From Felis catus (taxonomy: Eukaryota), in contig NC_058368.1 of NCBI RefSeq assembly GCF_018350175.1, forward strand, positions 204,478,001 to 204,542,000: a DNA stretch of 64,000 bases, given 5' to 3'. The notes under the pieces are model-generated. The model was given only the letters and a program-made list of their open reading frames with translations. It made no database searches and was not told the DNA's origin. Position numbers and translations under genes: made by a program. Positions 49,300 to 61,750 of this stretch are shown here, piece by piece (position 1 is the stretch's first letter; the number at the start of each line of letters is the position of its first letter).

Positions 49300-50720
49300 C
49301 GTGCCTGGGGCTCTCGAAGACCGTATATAGTCACGGGAAGTGTGGCGCTGTTCAAACTCCCCAGGCTGGGAGCCGCGCCGTCTCTGGACACGGGGCACAC
49401 GGGGGAGTCAGGAGCTCGGTGAGGCCCCGCCGCGGAGGCGGAAGACGGGCAGCCAGGTCGGCAACTGCGCCTGCGCGGAGTGCTTCCTTGCTGGGTCCTC
49501 CAGCTCCGAAACTTTGCTTCCCTGAAATCTACTTATCGAAATTTATCTAACTCTTCAGTTTTAAATCATCTTCATTTCTTCCATAACTGTGTCCCCAAAT
49601 CATCCATAAAATTAAGTGCCTAAAAATTTCACTGGTTTTGAGGACATCATTTCGTAATGACATTTTACCATATACCAAAACTTTTTTCTTTCGCTTTACG
49701 GATGTGGTTGATTCAGAGTTTGACCGTAGAGGCGGCAGGAGCGTTCCTCGGAGCGGGCGGGTGGGTGGGCGTGAGGGCAGCAGAGCTGGCAGTTGCCGCG
49801 GAGGTGGGGACGGAAGGGGGGGTGCGGCTCCTCTCTGGACCTAGGCTACCCGGAGCCTCCAGGTAGCGGGGCCGGGCAGCGAGGGCTGGGGGCGCGGGCA
49901 GCGCCGGGGCATGGAGGGGAGCCTGGGGGCCGCCGGACGGAGGTAGGACCTCAGTTGTGGGCGGGGACCCGGACGCCGAGCGAATCTTGGCATCCTCCCA
50001 TCCCACGTCTAGGCTCCTGCATTCGGTTGGGGCGTCCGAGGAAACGGCGCCTGGCCCACGCGGACTCGGGAGGATGACCCGGGAGGAGGAACCGGTGAGG
50101 ACCGGGCCGAGCTCACCCAGAGGCCCACGGCGGAGGAGCAGATTTGGGGGAAAAGGGGAAAGGCGCCCTTCTTCCAGGCTGTGCCGCTTTCCTTCGTTGC
50201 AGGTCTGAGGAAGGGAGGGAGGGAGGAAGGAAAGAAAGAAGAAAAGAAGGAAGAAAGATGACAAGAAAAGAAAGGACAAAAAGAATGGGAGGAGGTTTAG
50301 GAGTAGGGTCAGAAGAAAGCAAAATAGGAGTGCTTGGAATGCTTAGGAGGCTTGGCATTGACCCCACTCTGGCCGTTGTTAGGGCTGGTTTCCCGCCCAC
50401 TGTAAGGACTAACAGCTTTTCTGCTTTCTTTCTCGAGAGTCACGCCCGGTCTTTCTCATTCCTCCACTCTTCGTTCCCTTCTGATGTTAACAACCTAAGC
50501 TCACCCGACCCTCCTGCGGTTGTGTTAGATCCCCGCAGTCCGGTCGGGGTCCTCTTATGGTGAAGGGAAGGAGAGTAATAGCTTTCATTTAACAGTTGTT
50601 TGATTTGGAGCCAAAAGTGGGAGAAAACTTATCTAGCCGCTTTCCCACAACAGCGTCTCAATGTGACTGCGCGGGGTGCGCAGTGGGGCTAACCGGACCA
50701 AATGCCCCGCAGTTTATTCC
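49300..50720. promoter_or_regulatory. CpG island with no recognisable coding gene
   Basis: GC/CpG-rich, NRF1-like TGCGCCTGCGC at about 49466-49476, ETS-like GGAAG motifs, GC boxes, purine tract at 50205-50290. Confidence 0.6.
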
Positions 50721-51140
50721 TTAAAGTTCCAGAGGAGGCTCTCCGCTTCCTCAATAATTCTTTCTTTCTACAGCATGTTTTTTCGGGCGCCACTGTGCTG
50801 GATCAAAAACAATAATAATAAAGCATGGTTTATCTGAATGCTTATAGGAAATAAGTATTGTACTAATATAGAAGGTTATTAATAGAGACACCTTAAATTT
50901 TTGATTTGTTTAAAAACGATATATATTAGTATATATAGAAACGATGTGTTTTTAGATTAAAAAATAGAAACAAACTGTAATGGTTATCATGAATATTATC
51001 TTTCAGTCTATAAGAAATTTCTATGAAAATTTGCACAAAATTTGCATTAATTTTGAAACTAAAATATTACCATATGCCTTTAATTATTTGATCTTAGGCT
51101 TCATACCTCCTTTAGATTCCCCCCTTGAAAAGAAAACCTC

Positions 51141-51360
51141 GGGCGCCTGGGTGGCTCAGTCGGTTAAGCAGCCAACTTCGGCTCAGGTCATGATCTCGCG
51201 GTCTGTGAGTTTGAGCCCCACGTTGGGCTCTGTGCTGACAGCTCAGAGCCCGGAGCCTGTTTCAGATTCTGTGTCTCCCTCTCTCTGCCCCTCCCCCACT
51301 CATGCTCTGTCTCTCTCTGTCTCAGAAATAAATAAACGTTAAAAATTTTTTTTTTTATAA
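51141..51360 (+). mobile_element. CAN-SINE
   Basis: TSD gaaaagaaaacctc (51127-51140 and 51363-51376). Confidence 0.95.
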
Positions 51361-51378
51361 AAGAAAAGAAAACCTCCT

Positions 51379-52040
51379 GATGTGGAGAAACGGGAACCCT
51401 CTTGCACTGTTGGTGGGAATGCAAACTGGTGCAGCCACTCTGGAAAACAGTGTGGAAGTTCCTCAAAAAATTAAAAATAGATCTATCCTATGACCTAGCA
51501 ATAGCACTGCTAGGAATTCACCCAAGGGATACAGGAGTGCTGAAGCATAGGGGCACATGTACCCCAATGTTTATAGCAGCACTTTCAACAATAGCCAAAT
51601 TATGGAAAGAGCCTAAATGTCCATCAACTGACGAATGGATAAAGAAGATGTGGTTTATATACACAATGGAATACTACTTAGCAATGAGAAAGAGTGAAAT
51701 CATGCCATTTGCAGCAACGTGGATGGAACTGGAGGGTATTGTGCTATGTGAAGTCAGTCAGAGAAAGACAGATATCATATGTTTTCACTCATATGTGGAT
51801 CTTGAGAAACTGAACAGAAGACCATGGGGGAAGGAAAGGGGGAAAAATAGTTACAAACAGAGAGGGAGGCAAACCATAAGAGACTCTTAAATACAGAGAA
51901 CAGGGTTGATGGGGGTGAGGGAGAGGGGAAAATGGATGATGGGCACTGAGGAGGGCACTTGTTGGGATGAGCACTGGGTGTTGTATGTAAGCCAATTTGG
52001 CAATAAGTTATATTTTTAAAAATTGGAAAAAATAAAAAAA
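51379..52040 (+). mobile_element. Felid L1 3' fragment (ORF2 C-terminus and 3'UTR)
   Basis: [17 protein letters not shown]...CTPMFIAALSTIAKLWKEPKCPSTDEWIKKMW. TSD gaaaagaaaacctcct (51363-51378 and 52041-52056). Confidence 0.95.
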
Positions 52041-53089
52041 GAAAAGAAAACCTCCTAGGGATGCCTGGTTGGATCGAACCCCATGATAGGGCATTATGTT
52101 AAAAATAAATAAAATAAAATAACAGTAAATAAATTTAAAAATTGAGAGAATTGAATTGTTATTTAAAAAAATATAAATAAGTGGGAATTTTTATTTCTGG
52201 GGGGTCAATTTTAGAAGTACTTCCTGATGAAGCCTGTGGTTTCAGCTTACAGTTTCTGTTGAAGGAGCTCTTTGTACCACCTTTTGTCAACAATTTCAAT
52301 ATTTCCCATAATTTTCTTTCCTTTTCAACTAAATTGATGGTGGGTATTTTTTGGGTGAGAGCACAATATATGTAGCTTTGTGTATGGTAAAGGTGTCGCT
52401 CTTTTTTCTTCCTAGGTTCTGAGTTTATACTCAGCTTTGTAGTCACCAGATTTGGAACAGAAGTTTGTCTTTTCACAGAGTGGTTCAGGAGGCCGAAAGG
52501 ATTATGTTACTGGGAAATCATCTTCTCCACTCCTGCAATTTCTATAAGGTGCAGTTTTCCAGAAATAATTTTCGTTTCTTGCTTCGTTTGTTAGTTTTCT
52601 CCACAGTGCTTGAGTCGATTATCTGTCTGTAGAGTTTGGAAGTGAATCCGCATATGAAAATTCCCACCCATCAATCCCACTCTTACTTGAGCCAGCTATC
52701 CGTGGAAAACACATTTTCTAGTGTGCGTGCTGCTCCATGCTCTACAGCCCCATTTGGGGAAGTTTGAGGTGTGTAGCTGTCCGTGTGGCTGGCTGGATGG
52801 ATGTAAGTTTGCCATTCAGTGTTGAGAAATCCATTTTTGGTGTAGATATATGAGTCTTTCAGTCTAGTTTCTTGTGGGTAAGATTCTCCTGTATTCCATC
52901 CTCCATTTTCCTGTATTCCATCCTCCCAACGCTGCATTTGAGTTGATTTATTCATTGCTTTCACTTTTGTATAGTTTTACTTTTTATCAATATAATTTAA
53001 TATTTTAAATATTATTTTACATATTTTAATGATATTTTTGTTTTTTTTCCTTATAAAACACAACTGTGCTGTATATAGTTTTGAAATTA

Positions 53090-53305
53090 AAAAAATTTTT
53101 AAGTTCATTTATTTTGAGAGAGACGGAGACAGCACAAGTAGGGGAGGGGCAGAGAGAGAGAGGGAGAGAGAGAGAGAATTCTAAGCAGCCTCCACACTGC
53201 CAGCGCAGAGCCTGATGCAGGGGTTGAACACATGAAGCTTGAGATAATGACTTGAGCCGACAGCAAGAGGTGGACACTTAACCAACTGAGTCACTCGGGT
53301 GACCC
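53090..53305 (-). mobile_element. CAN-SINE
   Basis: Reverse SINEC body. Confidence 0.88.
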
Positions 53306-54909
53306 TGTGGTCTTTTACCCTTATTATTTCTCTGAATAGTGTACCACCACCATGATTTTGAATATTGTTGTAGTTTATTTATTTGAATTCTTGTAAAATA
53401 TTCCATTCTGTAAATATACCACAGATCATTTAATCCACTCATCAATTGATGGACCTTTGATTCCTCCCTCTCCACCAGAATTTTGTTGCTGTAGACAGTG
53501 AAGATTTGGACATTCTATTCTATGTTTCCTGGTGTACATGTGTAAGAATTTCTCTTGTGTGTAGACCTTGGAATAGAATTGGTTGGTTATGAGATACTCC
53601 TAAGTTTTTAAGTTCTTCCTCATTTTACAGGCAAGTTGTGACAACTGAGCCTGATTCTATGTAGGCTTCCATTGAAGAAATACTTTACCCAACTATTTAA
53701 GCCTACTGGAGACTTTCTTGCCTGCTTAAGTACAAGAAAGCTAGAAATTCTATCTGCGTCCATGTAAATAAATTTTGTATGTTTCATGTCATGTTCTGAC
53801 CTTCTTAGTATAGAACCTTTAAGATTCATTTCTGTACACGTTCCAAAGGTTTCTGCCAATGTAAGTTAACTACTTGTTGCAATTGTTTTGATACATGAGC
53901 AATAAATCCAAATTCACACTTTATAGTTGTCCCTTTGGGGCATTCTAGTATCTGCAGCTAGTTATGGGTTTGGAATGAATTATGTTGCTTATGACTTTAG
54001 GTGAATTGACATTCTTCTAGAAGCTAACTTTCTCAGGTGAGATCTTCTCTGTGTCTTTAATCGAGGAAGGGCTAGCCTCCTTAGATGAGGGACTCGTTCT
54101 TCAAGGGAAGCTCAGAGAGATATGGGGATTGAAGGTTCTTATATTGACAAAGATCCACCCACATTAACCCATTTGAATCCACAGAGTCCTATTACTTGCT
54201 CATCAGTCCCCTTGCTTGCACGTGAGAGGTGTGGCAAAGATGTGAATTCACCTTCTATTTTAATTCAGCCTCTAAAATGCTCCAATTTTGGGTCTGATTT
54301 TTGGCCCTCTCTTCACTGTACCTATGAGAAATAAGGCTTTTTAAAGGGGCATTACTGAAACTTTTTCTTTCAAAAATTTAAATCCTTGTATCTTTTGTTT
54401 TTGTGACTCCTACAATTCAGTGGAGGCAGCCATCACACCCTGTGGTTATTGTAGCCCTCACTCTCATCGAAATGGTCTACAAAGACAACCAATTAGACCT
54501 CCAGTATTTTGACTTCAGTAAATTTTTCACTGCAGATAATAAAAAGTTATAACCTGTCTACCATGTTTCAGTAGAAATGAAGCATTCATGTTCAAGTTTA
54601 GCAAATTTACCAATACTCATCCTCTAGGGTTATGTAGATTTCTGGGTCTGAAAACCAATTCTAAATTCTCCTTTTTAAATTGTTTTCTGAACCCACTCCT
54701 GGTCACATACACTCTACCTGTCAAGTTCAGTCAGGAAAAGAGAAACTCAAGCGGCCAATGCTGTGTGAGCCTGAGCAACCGTGCTCCGATTACACTGCCA
54801 AAGCCATAAGTGGCTTGACTTTTTCCTGTCTTGTATGCAAGCAAGGATGCCTTCCACGGAGGATGGGTATTCCGTGAAAAGGAAAACACCCCGCAGAGGC
54901 TGGAGGAGC

Positions 54910-55285
54910 TGTAAGACTGGAGAAAAAGGCCAACAAGTCCAGCTTCGCAAGAAATGGTTTATTAAAGGGACTTACAGACAGAGGTATGTCTTGGGTAGCT
55001 ACAAAGTGAATAGATCTCCACAACCCCACCTCCCGTAAGACTCGCTTTTATAGCACTCCAGGCTGGGGAGTACGTGCCGAGGAGACTACCCAGGAGGAAA
55101 TGTTTGAGGATCACAGTCATACCTCTACAGCAGGTTAAGGTTGTTCTACCCCAAGAGTGTACTCAAGGGTGCGGTTAAACAAACAGAAAAAATAAGGGGT
55201 GTGTTGCTGTGCTGAAGAAGTCTTCAGGTCGCAGAACGATCATCATGGCAGCTTTGTCCAAGATGGTGTTCGTCTGGCTCAGACA
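54910..55285 (-). mobile_element. 3' LTR of a class III (ERVL-like) endogenous retrovirus
   Basis: TG...CA ends. On the minus strand it is preceded by the polypurine tract GAGGGGTGGAG (55296-55286) and contains TATAAAA (about 55045-55051) and AATAAA (about 54958-54963). Confidence 0.75.
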
Positions 55286-57700
55286 CTCCACCCCTCAAAT
55301 CCAGCTCTTGCGATCTCACACGCCCACCTCTTCTGCCATATTCCCTGAGCCATCATGGAGGGGCTTTTGGAGGTAGGTGTTTTTGCCAGATGGCGTTCAA
55401 ATTGAGGGCTTAAACCACAGCAGCAGTACAGACAGCAGCAGTAAAAGAAACCCCTGAAAAAGGGAGGAAACCTCATTGCTAGCATGAATCCCACTGTAAA
55501 CCATCTCTGTAGGTCTATGCCCACTGCAGAAAAGGGTTTCCTTCACTAGCATGAGAGAGGAGCAGCAGGCTAAGGACAAAAGAATAAATGCTTAGTGGGT
55601 ACTGTCTGGGAAAACCCTCTCCCTCAGTATAATGCTAGTGGCTTCACTCTTTGTCGTGAGGACAGAGGGAGTCTGAGGTGCATGAGCAGGAGGGACACAC
55701 CAGACACGTTGCCTGAGGCCAAAGAGTCAGCCTCTCCGTGTAAAATTAAAGGTGGTGCAAACAAGCATGTCAGGTAACCAGCCATATTGTGCTTTGTGGT
55801 ATCGATGCCTGTGTGGAATACGTATATGTTGACTGTTTTGGCCCCAACTCCAGCAGGATCAACAGGGACCACTTTAGCCCTCCAGGATATTTCTCACACT
55901 CTGGCAAGAAACAGCCTGTTCAACTTGGGGGAAGTTGCCATTCCAAGCCCCATTCAAGCGTCCCCTCCCCCAGGGAGAATGGGCTGAGGAGCACAGAATA
56001 CAGTTGTTTCTGGCCTGCTTTGAGCTCAGGAACCAGTGCTTCAGGCCTCGTTTTCCAGAAGGCATGCTGGTTTTGGTACCTAACCGTGGGTTTGGGGTGT
56101 GGCTACAGGCTGTCAAATTTAACAAGGTCATGGCTTCTGGCAAGATGTGCCACTGTAAGAGGGCTCTGAGTTGAGCTTTGAGAATGTCATTCTTCCTTGC
56201 AGTAAGTCCAGCAGCTTGTTGATTATAGGTTAGATGAAACTGCCCATGTATGTCCTGTTCATGAGCCCAGTCCTGTGTCCAGTGAAATATATGTCCTATC
56301 ACTATGTATCCTTTGAGGTTATCCATACATGACACAAAGTTGTTTGAGGCCATTGATGTTGGCATTTTGATTAGCTCTTTTGCAGGGGTGGCTTGTGTGA
56401 GCCCAGAAGCTGTATCACCACAAGTTCTGATGTGCTTTTTTTCTTGACTTGTGGGTAGAAGACCAATACAATCAATTTGCCAGTCTAAAACTGGTTGGAT
56501 CCCAGGAGGATTGTGTGGTGTGTGGAACCTTCCTAGGTCTCAGACTGTAAGAGATCAGGCAGTTGCTAACAGCTGCTAGGAGGTCAGTACAGCACTTCAC
56601 TATGCTCCATCCCACCCTTGTACTGAGATGCTCACTGTGCTTATGAACCCCTGCAACCAATTCTAAACTTTGTATGGGGGTAAGGGCCCTGATCTTTGCT
56701 AAGGGGTCTGTCTCAATATTCTCAGGGGGTGAGGGAGGCCTATGCTCCGAGACATGGAAATTAGTATAGGAGGCAGCAGAGTCCTGTATCCTTTCCTATA
56801 TATCTTTCCGTATTTCTGCTACTTATAATGATTTCTGTGGGTCCCTAGCCCATTGGGCCACCTGTGTTGTCAAACCCCTATAGACAGCCCAAGTGTCCAT
56901 GCAGAGGGTAAGGAGCCAAGGTGCGTGTATATATACCATCCAGGCAGCTCTCAATTCAGCCCATTGGCTGCTTTTAGCCTATTCCAAGTCTCAAACCGGA
57001 TAGTATCAGTCTGGGGCTAGATCGCTACTGTAGTCCAGTACTAGGATTCTCTCTAATAAACCCATCTGTATAGCAAGCTTCTTTAGGAATATGGCATTTG
57101 CCTTTCTTTATGTGTTATGGGGTCTCTCCATAGGAGGCTGGGGGGGCGTTAAAGATTTCACATTCTGCTGCCCAAAGTTAGCATGTAATTCAGCTCCCGA
57201 TGGACTAGTGGAGAGAACACTCCTTTGTTGTAAGTAAGCATCTTAGAGGCTTGTGCTACTGCAGATGCCATTCTTGCAAATATACCATCTGTCCACCCCT
57301 TTATAGGCAAACTGGTCCAGGCATTTATCAGAGGGATGGTCATTAAGGGCTCCCCTTGTTAAAGGACCTTATGGACTCAACACTTGTTCAATAGGAGAAT
57401 TTCAGCTCTCTGCTCCCTTCCAGAGTTGTGACCAAAAGCTAAATGGAGTTAACTTCCCATGCTGTTCCTTCCATCAAGCCCAGTTCACCTTATCTGGTGT
57501 AGCAGTCACATCTAAGGTCGGGGTATACCAGGGAAGGGTGCCCTAAAGCCTGAGCTTGAGCAGCTACTACCTTAGCTCGGTCAAAGGCAGCTTGATGTTC
57601 TACCCAATGCTGATGCACTCCCTTTTTTGCCAGATGGTATAGAGAGTGCAGGCATGTTAAATTTAGTCTCAAAGGCTGGAGAGTATGTTCTGGGGACCAT
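55286..57700 (-). mobile_element. Class III ERV internal region: pol remnants (RT connection, RNase H, integrase, dUTPase-like)
   Basis: Minus-strand motifs SSQWAELRAAW (about 56940-56972), WQIDCIGLLP (about 56453-56482), HLTYNQQAAGLTARKNDILK, and LEWQLPPS*TGCFLP (about 55905-55950). Many stops. Confidence 0.8.
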
Positions 57701-57899
57701 CTAGGAGGAAGTGTTTGAAAATTACATTCATATCTCCAGAACATATCAAGGATGTTATGCCCTAAAACTGTACTTTAGGGTGTGCTTAAACAGAAAAAAA
57801 AAATGGGGAGGATGCTATGTTCAAGAAGGCTTCAGGTCATGGAATGGTCACCAAGGTAGATTTGTTCAAGGTGGTGTTAGGCTGGCTCACACACTGGTA

Positions 57900-59810
57900 A
57901 ATACATTTATTATTGGAGAAAGGTAAAAAGAAGGTATTGGATGCTCTGGCCATAAAAGTTGAACAAAGTAAAAGACTTCTAGAGGTGATTGATTGTATTT
58001 TACAGGGACAGGAGGAAAAGAAGATAAATTGGTCACGTGGAAGACTAGAGGATCTTTAGCACCATGGAAAGATCAGAATCTTTGATGACAAATCCAGCAA
58101 TCTGGAAGGTTACCTCCCTTAGCAATGGCCTGGGAGCTACGAATGAGGCATTATCTTTCCAGGCCAATGCCAAAGTAAAGAAAAGGAAAAGAGGGAGAAC
58201 CTATTTCATATTTAAAGTATGAAGTCTTGATCCATTGTCTTGGGCAGAAGCAGTTTACCTCAATGCCAGCTACTTCTCTTCCCTGTCAATTTGTTTCAGA
58301 GGTCTCCAGTGTCTGTAAACCACCAGATATCAGGTGGATCCTTCTTCAGTTGTTACATGTGTACTCAAGGCTCAATGCCTTCCAATTTTGCAGCAGTGTC
58401 AGTGGTCAGGAGCACTTGGTAAGGTCCTTTTCAATGAGGCTCAAACACTGTTTTCTCTAATGCTATTTCCAGAATACCCAATCATCGATCTCCCCACTAT
58501 GACCAACAAGATCCTTTGAATTGGAGTCTGGAGAGGCTTCTTTAACCTGTTGATGATAGGCTTTACCATAAGACATTGAAGACTTAAGAAGCCAGTCATA
58601 TTAGCATGAGATAATAAAGGATCAGGAGAAAGTTGTATACCCATAGACATTGGTCTCCTGGCGACTATCTCATGTGGAATGAGTTTGTGTTTCCCAAGAG
58701 GGATACCGTGAATAGTCAGCAAAATCAAAAGCAATACCTTCGGTCAGGAAAGTACAGTTGTTTTGGCAAGTTTAGTTTAAAGTTAGAGGATCCCATTAGT
58801 TCTCTCAGCCTTACCTGAAGATTGAGGATGATAGGGACAATGATAATTCCAAGAAGTTTGCAAGGTTTTCATCCAGGTTCCTTGATTTGCCTGGTGAAGG
58901 TGGGTTCTTCTGTCGCTGGAGATTGGGAAAGGTATACCAGGTGGGAAACGCAATTTCTAACAGTTTCCTTGCTGCCATGAGGACATCAGCCTTGTAGCAG
59001 GAGAAAACTTCAACCCTTCTGGAAAACCACATACAATAACAAGAACATATTCATAACCAATAATGAGTAGCAGTTGAATGAAGTCTAGCTGTAGGTGTTC
59101 AAAGGGTCCAGAAGGAGGTCTGAAGCCTCTGGGAACAAAACCAGTTTTATAGGATTATGGACCTAGATGGAAATCAGACATTGCTGGTAAAAATTTTTTT
59201 TGCAACTTTATTGAAGCTTTTCACACAATGTTTATTCATAAGTTGGGTCATTTAGGATGGTGAAGGAATGCAAAAAGCAAAAAATGGGGTTTTCGAGGGA
59301 GGTAGGAGGAACCAAACAAGTGTCTTGGGTTTCCCATATCCCTGGGTGTTCATTTAATTTACAACCATTGTTTACCCATCTCTTTTTTTAAAATTTTATC
59401 TTTTATTTTTTAAAGCTTACATCCAAATTATTTAGCATATAGTGCAACAATGATTTCAGGAGTAGATTCCTTAGTGCCCCTTACCCATTTAGCCCATCCC
59501 TCCTCCCATCACCCATCCAGTAACCCTCAGTTTGTTCTCAATATTTTTGAGTCTCTTCTGTTTTGTCCCCCTCCCTGTTTTTATATTCTTTTTGTTTCCC
59601 TTCCCTTATGTATCTGTTTTGTCTCTTAAAGTCCTCATATGAGTGAAGCCATATGATTTTTGTCTTTCTCTAATTTCACTTAGCATAATACCATCCAGTT
59701 CCATCCATGTAATTGCAAATGGCAAGATTTCCTTCTTTTTGATTGCCGAGTAATACTGCAATTGTTCACCCATCTTAATTTCTCTGATTCAGGAGCAAAA
59801 CGTTGCCATG
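57900..59810 (-). mobile_element. Class I (gamma-like, ERV1) internal region: integrase and env N-terminus
   Basis: Minus-strand GPFEHLQLDFIQL (about 59072-59110), VEVFSCYKADVLMAARKLLEIAFPTW, KHKLIPHEIVARRPM, KGPYQVLLTTDTAAKLEGIEP (about 58370-58430), then a hydrophobic leader and SQAIAKGGNLPDCWICHQ (CWIC at 58088-58099). Confidence 0.82.
59383..59760 (-). mobile_element. Felid L1 3' fragment inserted in ERV1 pol
   Basis: Reverse L1 3'UTR; TSD attgtt(t/c)acccatct. Confidence 0.9.
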
Positions 59811-60340
59811 TCATAAACACATCAAGATGGCAAAAGTCTGGCAGTGTGGGCCCATTTCTTGCAGAAAGAGAATGGACTTCCTCTACATCTTACAAATACA
59901 CAATCTTACAAATACAATGTAAAGAAGGCTTAGTATTATTTGACAATACTTTCCATGAAATATACATATCAAATAAGCCTAATTAGTTTGGCAAATACTT
60001 TGAAATATTGTAGGTCAAAAAGACTTCATTTACAATTTGACTTTGGGAAATTTGTAAAAAATATTTTAAAAAAAGTTTTAAAGCCCTTCTCTACTTAGGA
60101 CCACAGATAATTATGAAACCTAATAGTTGAAAGGTAAAGAAACTTGGGGAGTATAGCCAGTTGGTGGAGCGAGGCAGTGAGGTGGAAGAGGTCAAAGGTT
60201 GATGGTGGTATAGGCTCAGAGGCTCTCTAATGCTCCCTCTGTCCTAGAGCCCCTTGAAGGATTCACAATGACATCTTTTCAACAAGTCCCCTTGCAGACT
60301 TCCAACTTTGCCCATGTCATCTTTCAATATGCGCCCAAGA

Positions 60341-60550
60341 GGGGGGCCTGGGTGGCTCAGTCGGTTGAGCATCTGACTTCAGCTCAGGTCATGATCTCAC
60401 GGTCTGTGAGTTTGAGCCCCACGTTGGGCTCTGTGCTGACAGCTCAGAGCCTGGAGCCTGCTTTGGATTCTGTGTCTCCCTCTCTCTCTGCCCCTCCCCC
60501 ACTCATGCTCTGTCTCTCTCTGTCTCAAATAAATAAACATTAAAAAAAAT
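60341..60550 (+). mobile_element. CAN-SINE inside the retrocopy
   Basis: TSD aatatg(c/t)gcccaagag. Confidence 0.95.
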
Positions 60551-61471
60551 ATGTGCCCAAGAGTTATCTTCCTAATTCACACCTGGAATGTCATTGCACC
60601 GTAACTCCATATGTCCATCTACATCCAAAAGATTGGGTTGATATATTCAAGGTCGGATGGAGTACTGCTTGTGATTATCACACATTGTTATGGCCTTGTA
60701 TGCCTGAACATTATGTAGAAGGAACCACCGTTAATTGTGTATTTGCATTTCAAGGATATTGCCTTCCAAATGATGATGGAGCATTTTATTAGTTCTGTTA
60801 TGTTACCCATTAGGGTGAAATTCGTGGAGCAAGTACACCTTTCCAGTTGAGAACTTCTCCAGCTGAAGAGTTACTTACTATGGAAGAGGAAGGAAATTCT
60901 GACATGTTAGTGGTGACCACAAAAGTTGGCCTTCTCGAGTTGAAAATTGAGAAAACCATGAAAGAAAAAGAACTCTTACATTTCATTGATGTTCTGGAAA
61001 AAGAACCAGCACAACTTGCAGAACAAGTTGGAAGAATGCAAAGAGAAGGTAACCATGAGAAAGAAAGATGTGACCAACTAATTGCAATCTGAGCAAGAGG
61101 GTCTTGTTGAAGTATCACAAAGTTAGAAATGGAAAATGAAGGGTTTAAGAAGAGATACAGTGATGTTACATGCAAAGCTCTCCAGCTTGAGGAAGATATT
61201 GTGTCAGTGACACAGAAAGCAATTGAAAAGAAACTGCATGAGGCAGTTTATTTTTTTATTTTTATTTTTTTTTGCATGAGGCAGTTTAAAGGACAAACTC
61301 AGGAAGGCATGATATGAAAGAGAACAACTGGAACATTAGTTGAAGATGGAAAAGGATGAGAAGGAACTTTATTAAGGTACCTTTGAAGAATACTGAAATA
61401 TAAAATACCAAGCCGTGTCAGAGGTCCAGACGTTAAAGAATTTAGATGGGAACAAAGAAAGCATGATTAGT

Positions 61472-61590
61472 CAGGCTCCTGGCTGACTCAGCCAGGGGAA
61501 CATGCACCTCTTGATCTCTGGGTTGTGAGTTTGAGCCCCATGTTGGGTATAGAGATTACTTAAATTAAAAAAAACAACAACTTAAGAAAA
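61472..61590 (+). mobile_element. Short older CAN-SINE inside the retrocopy
   Basis: TSD aaagcatgatta. Confidence 0.85.
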
Positions 61591-61703
61591 AAAGCATGAT
61601 TACTTATTGCCAAGAAGATATTGGAAGGCTGCAGTTCTGTTTGGCTGAAAAGGAAAATCTGCAAAGGGCTTTCTTGTTTATAACCTCAAGTAAGGAAGAT
61701 ACG

Positions 61704-61704
<1 letters not shown>

Positions 61705-61737
<33 letters not shown>

Positions 61738-61750
61738 TTTGTTTGTTTGC
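61705..61750. repeat. (TG)n plus (TTTG)n microsatellite inside the retrocopy
   Basis: Direct inspection; interrupts the SSKEDT/LKEQL junction. Confidence 0.9.

Noticed and set aside
49713..50279. 188-aa minus-strand ORF as an inverted ANXA2R copy or membrane protein
   Set aside because: The hydrophobic N-terminus comes from a (GAAA)-type simple repeat; only a short LPSPRG coincidence with unit A.
52866..52926. Short tandem duplications here, at about 804-836, 2249-2270 and 27558-27600
   Set aside because: Ordinary slippage repeats of two or three units without spacers; not CRISPR-like.
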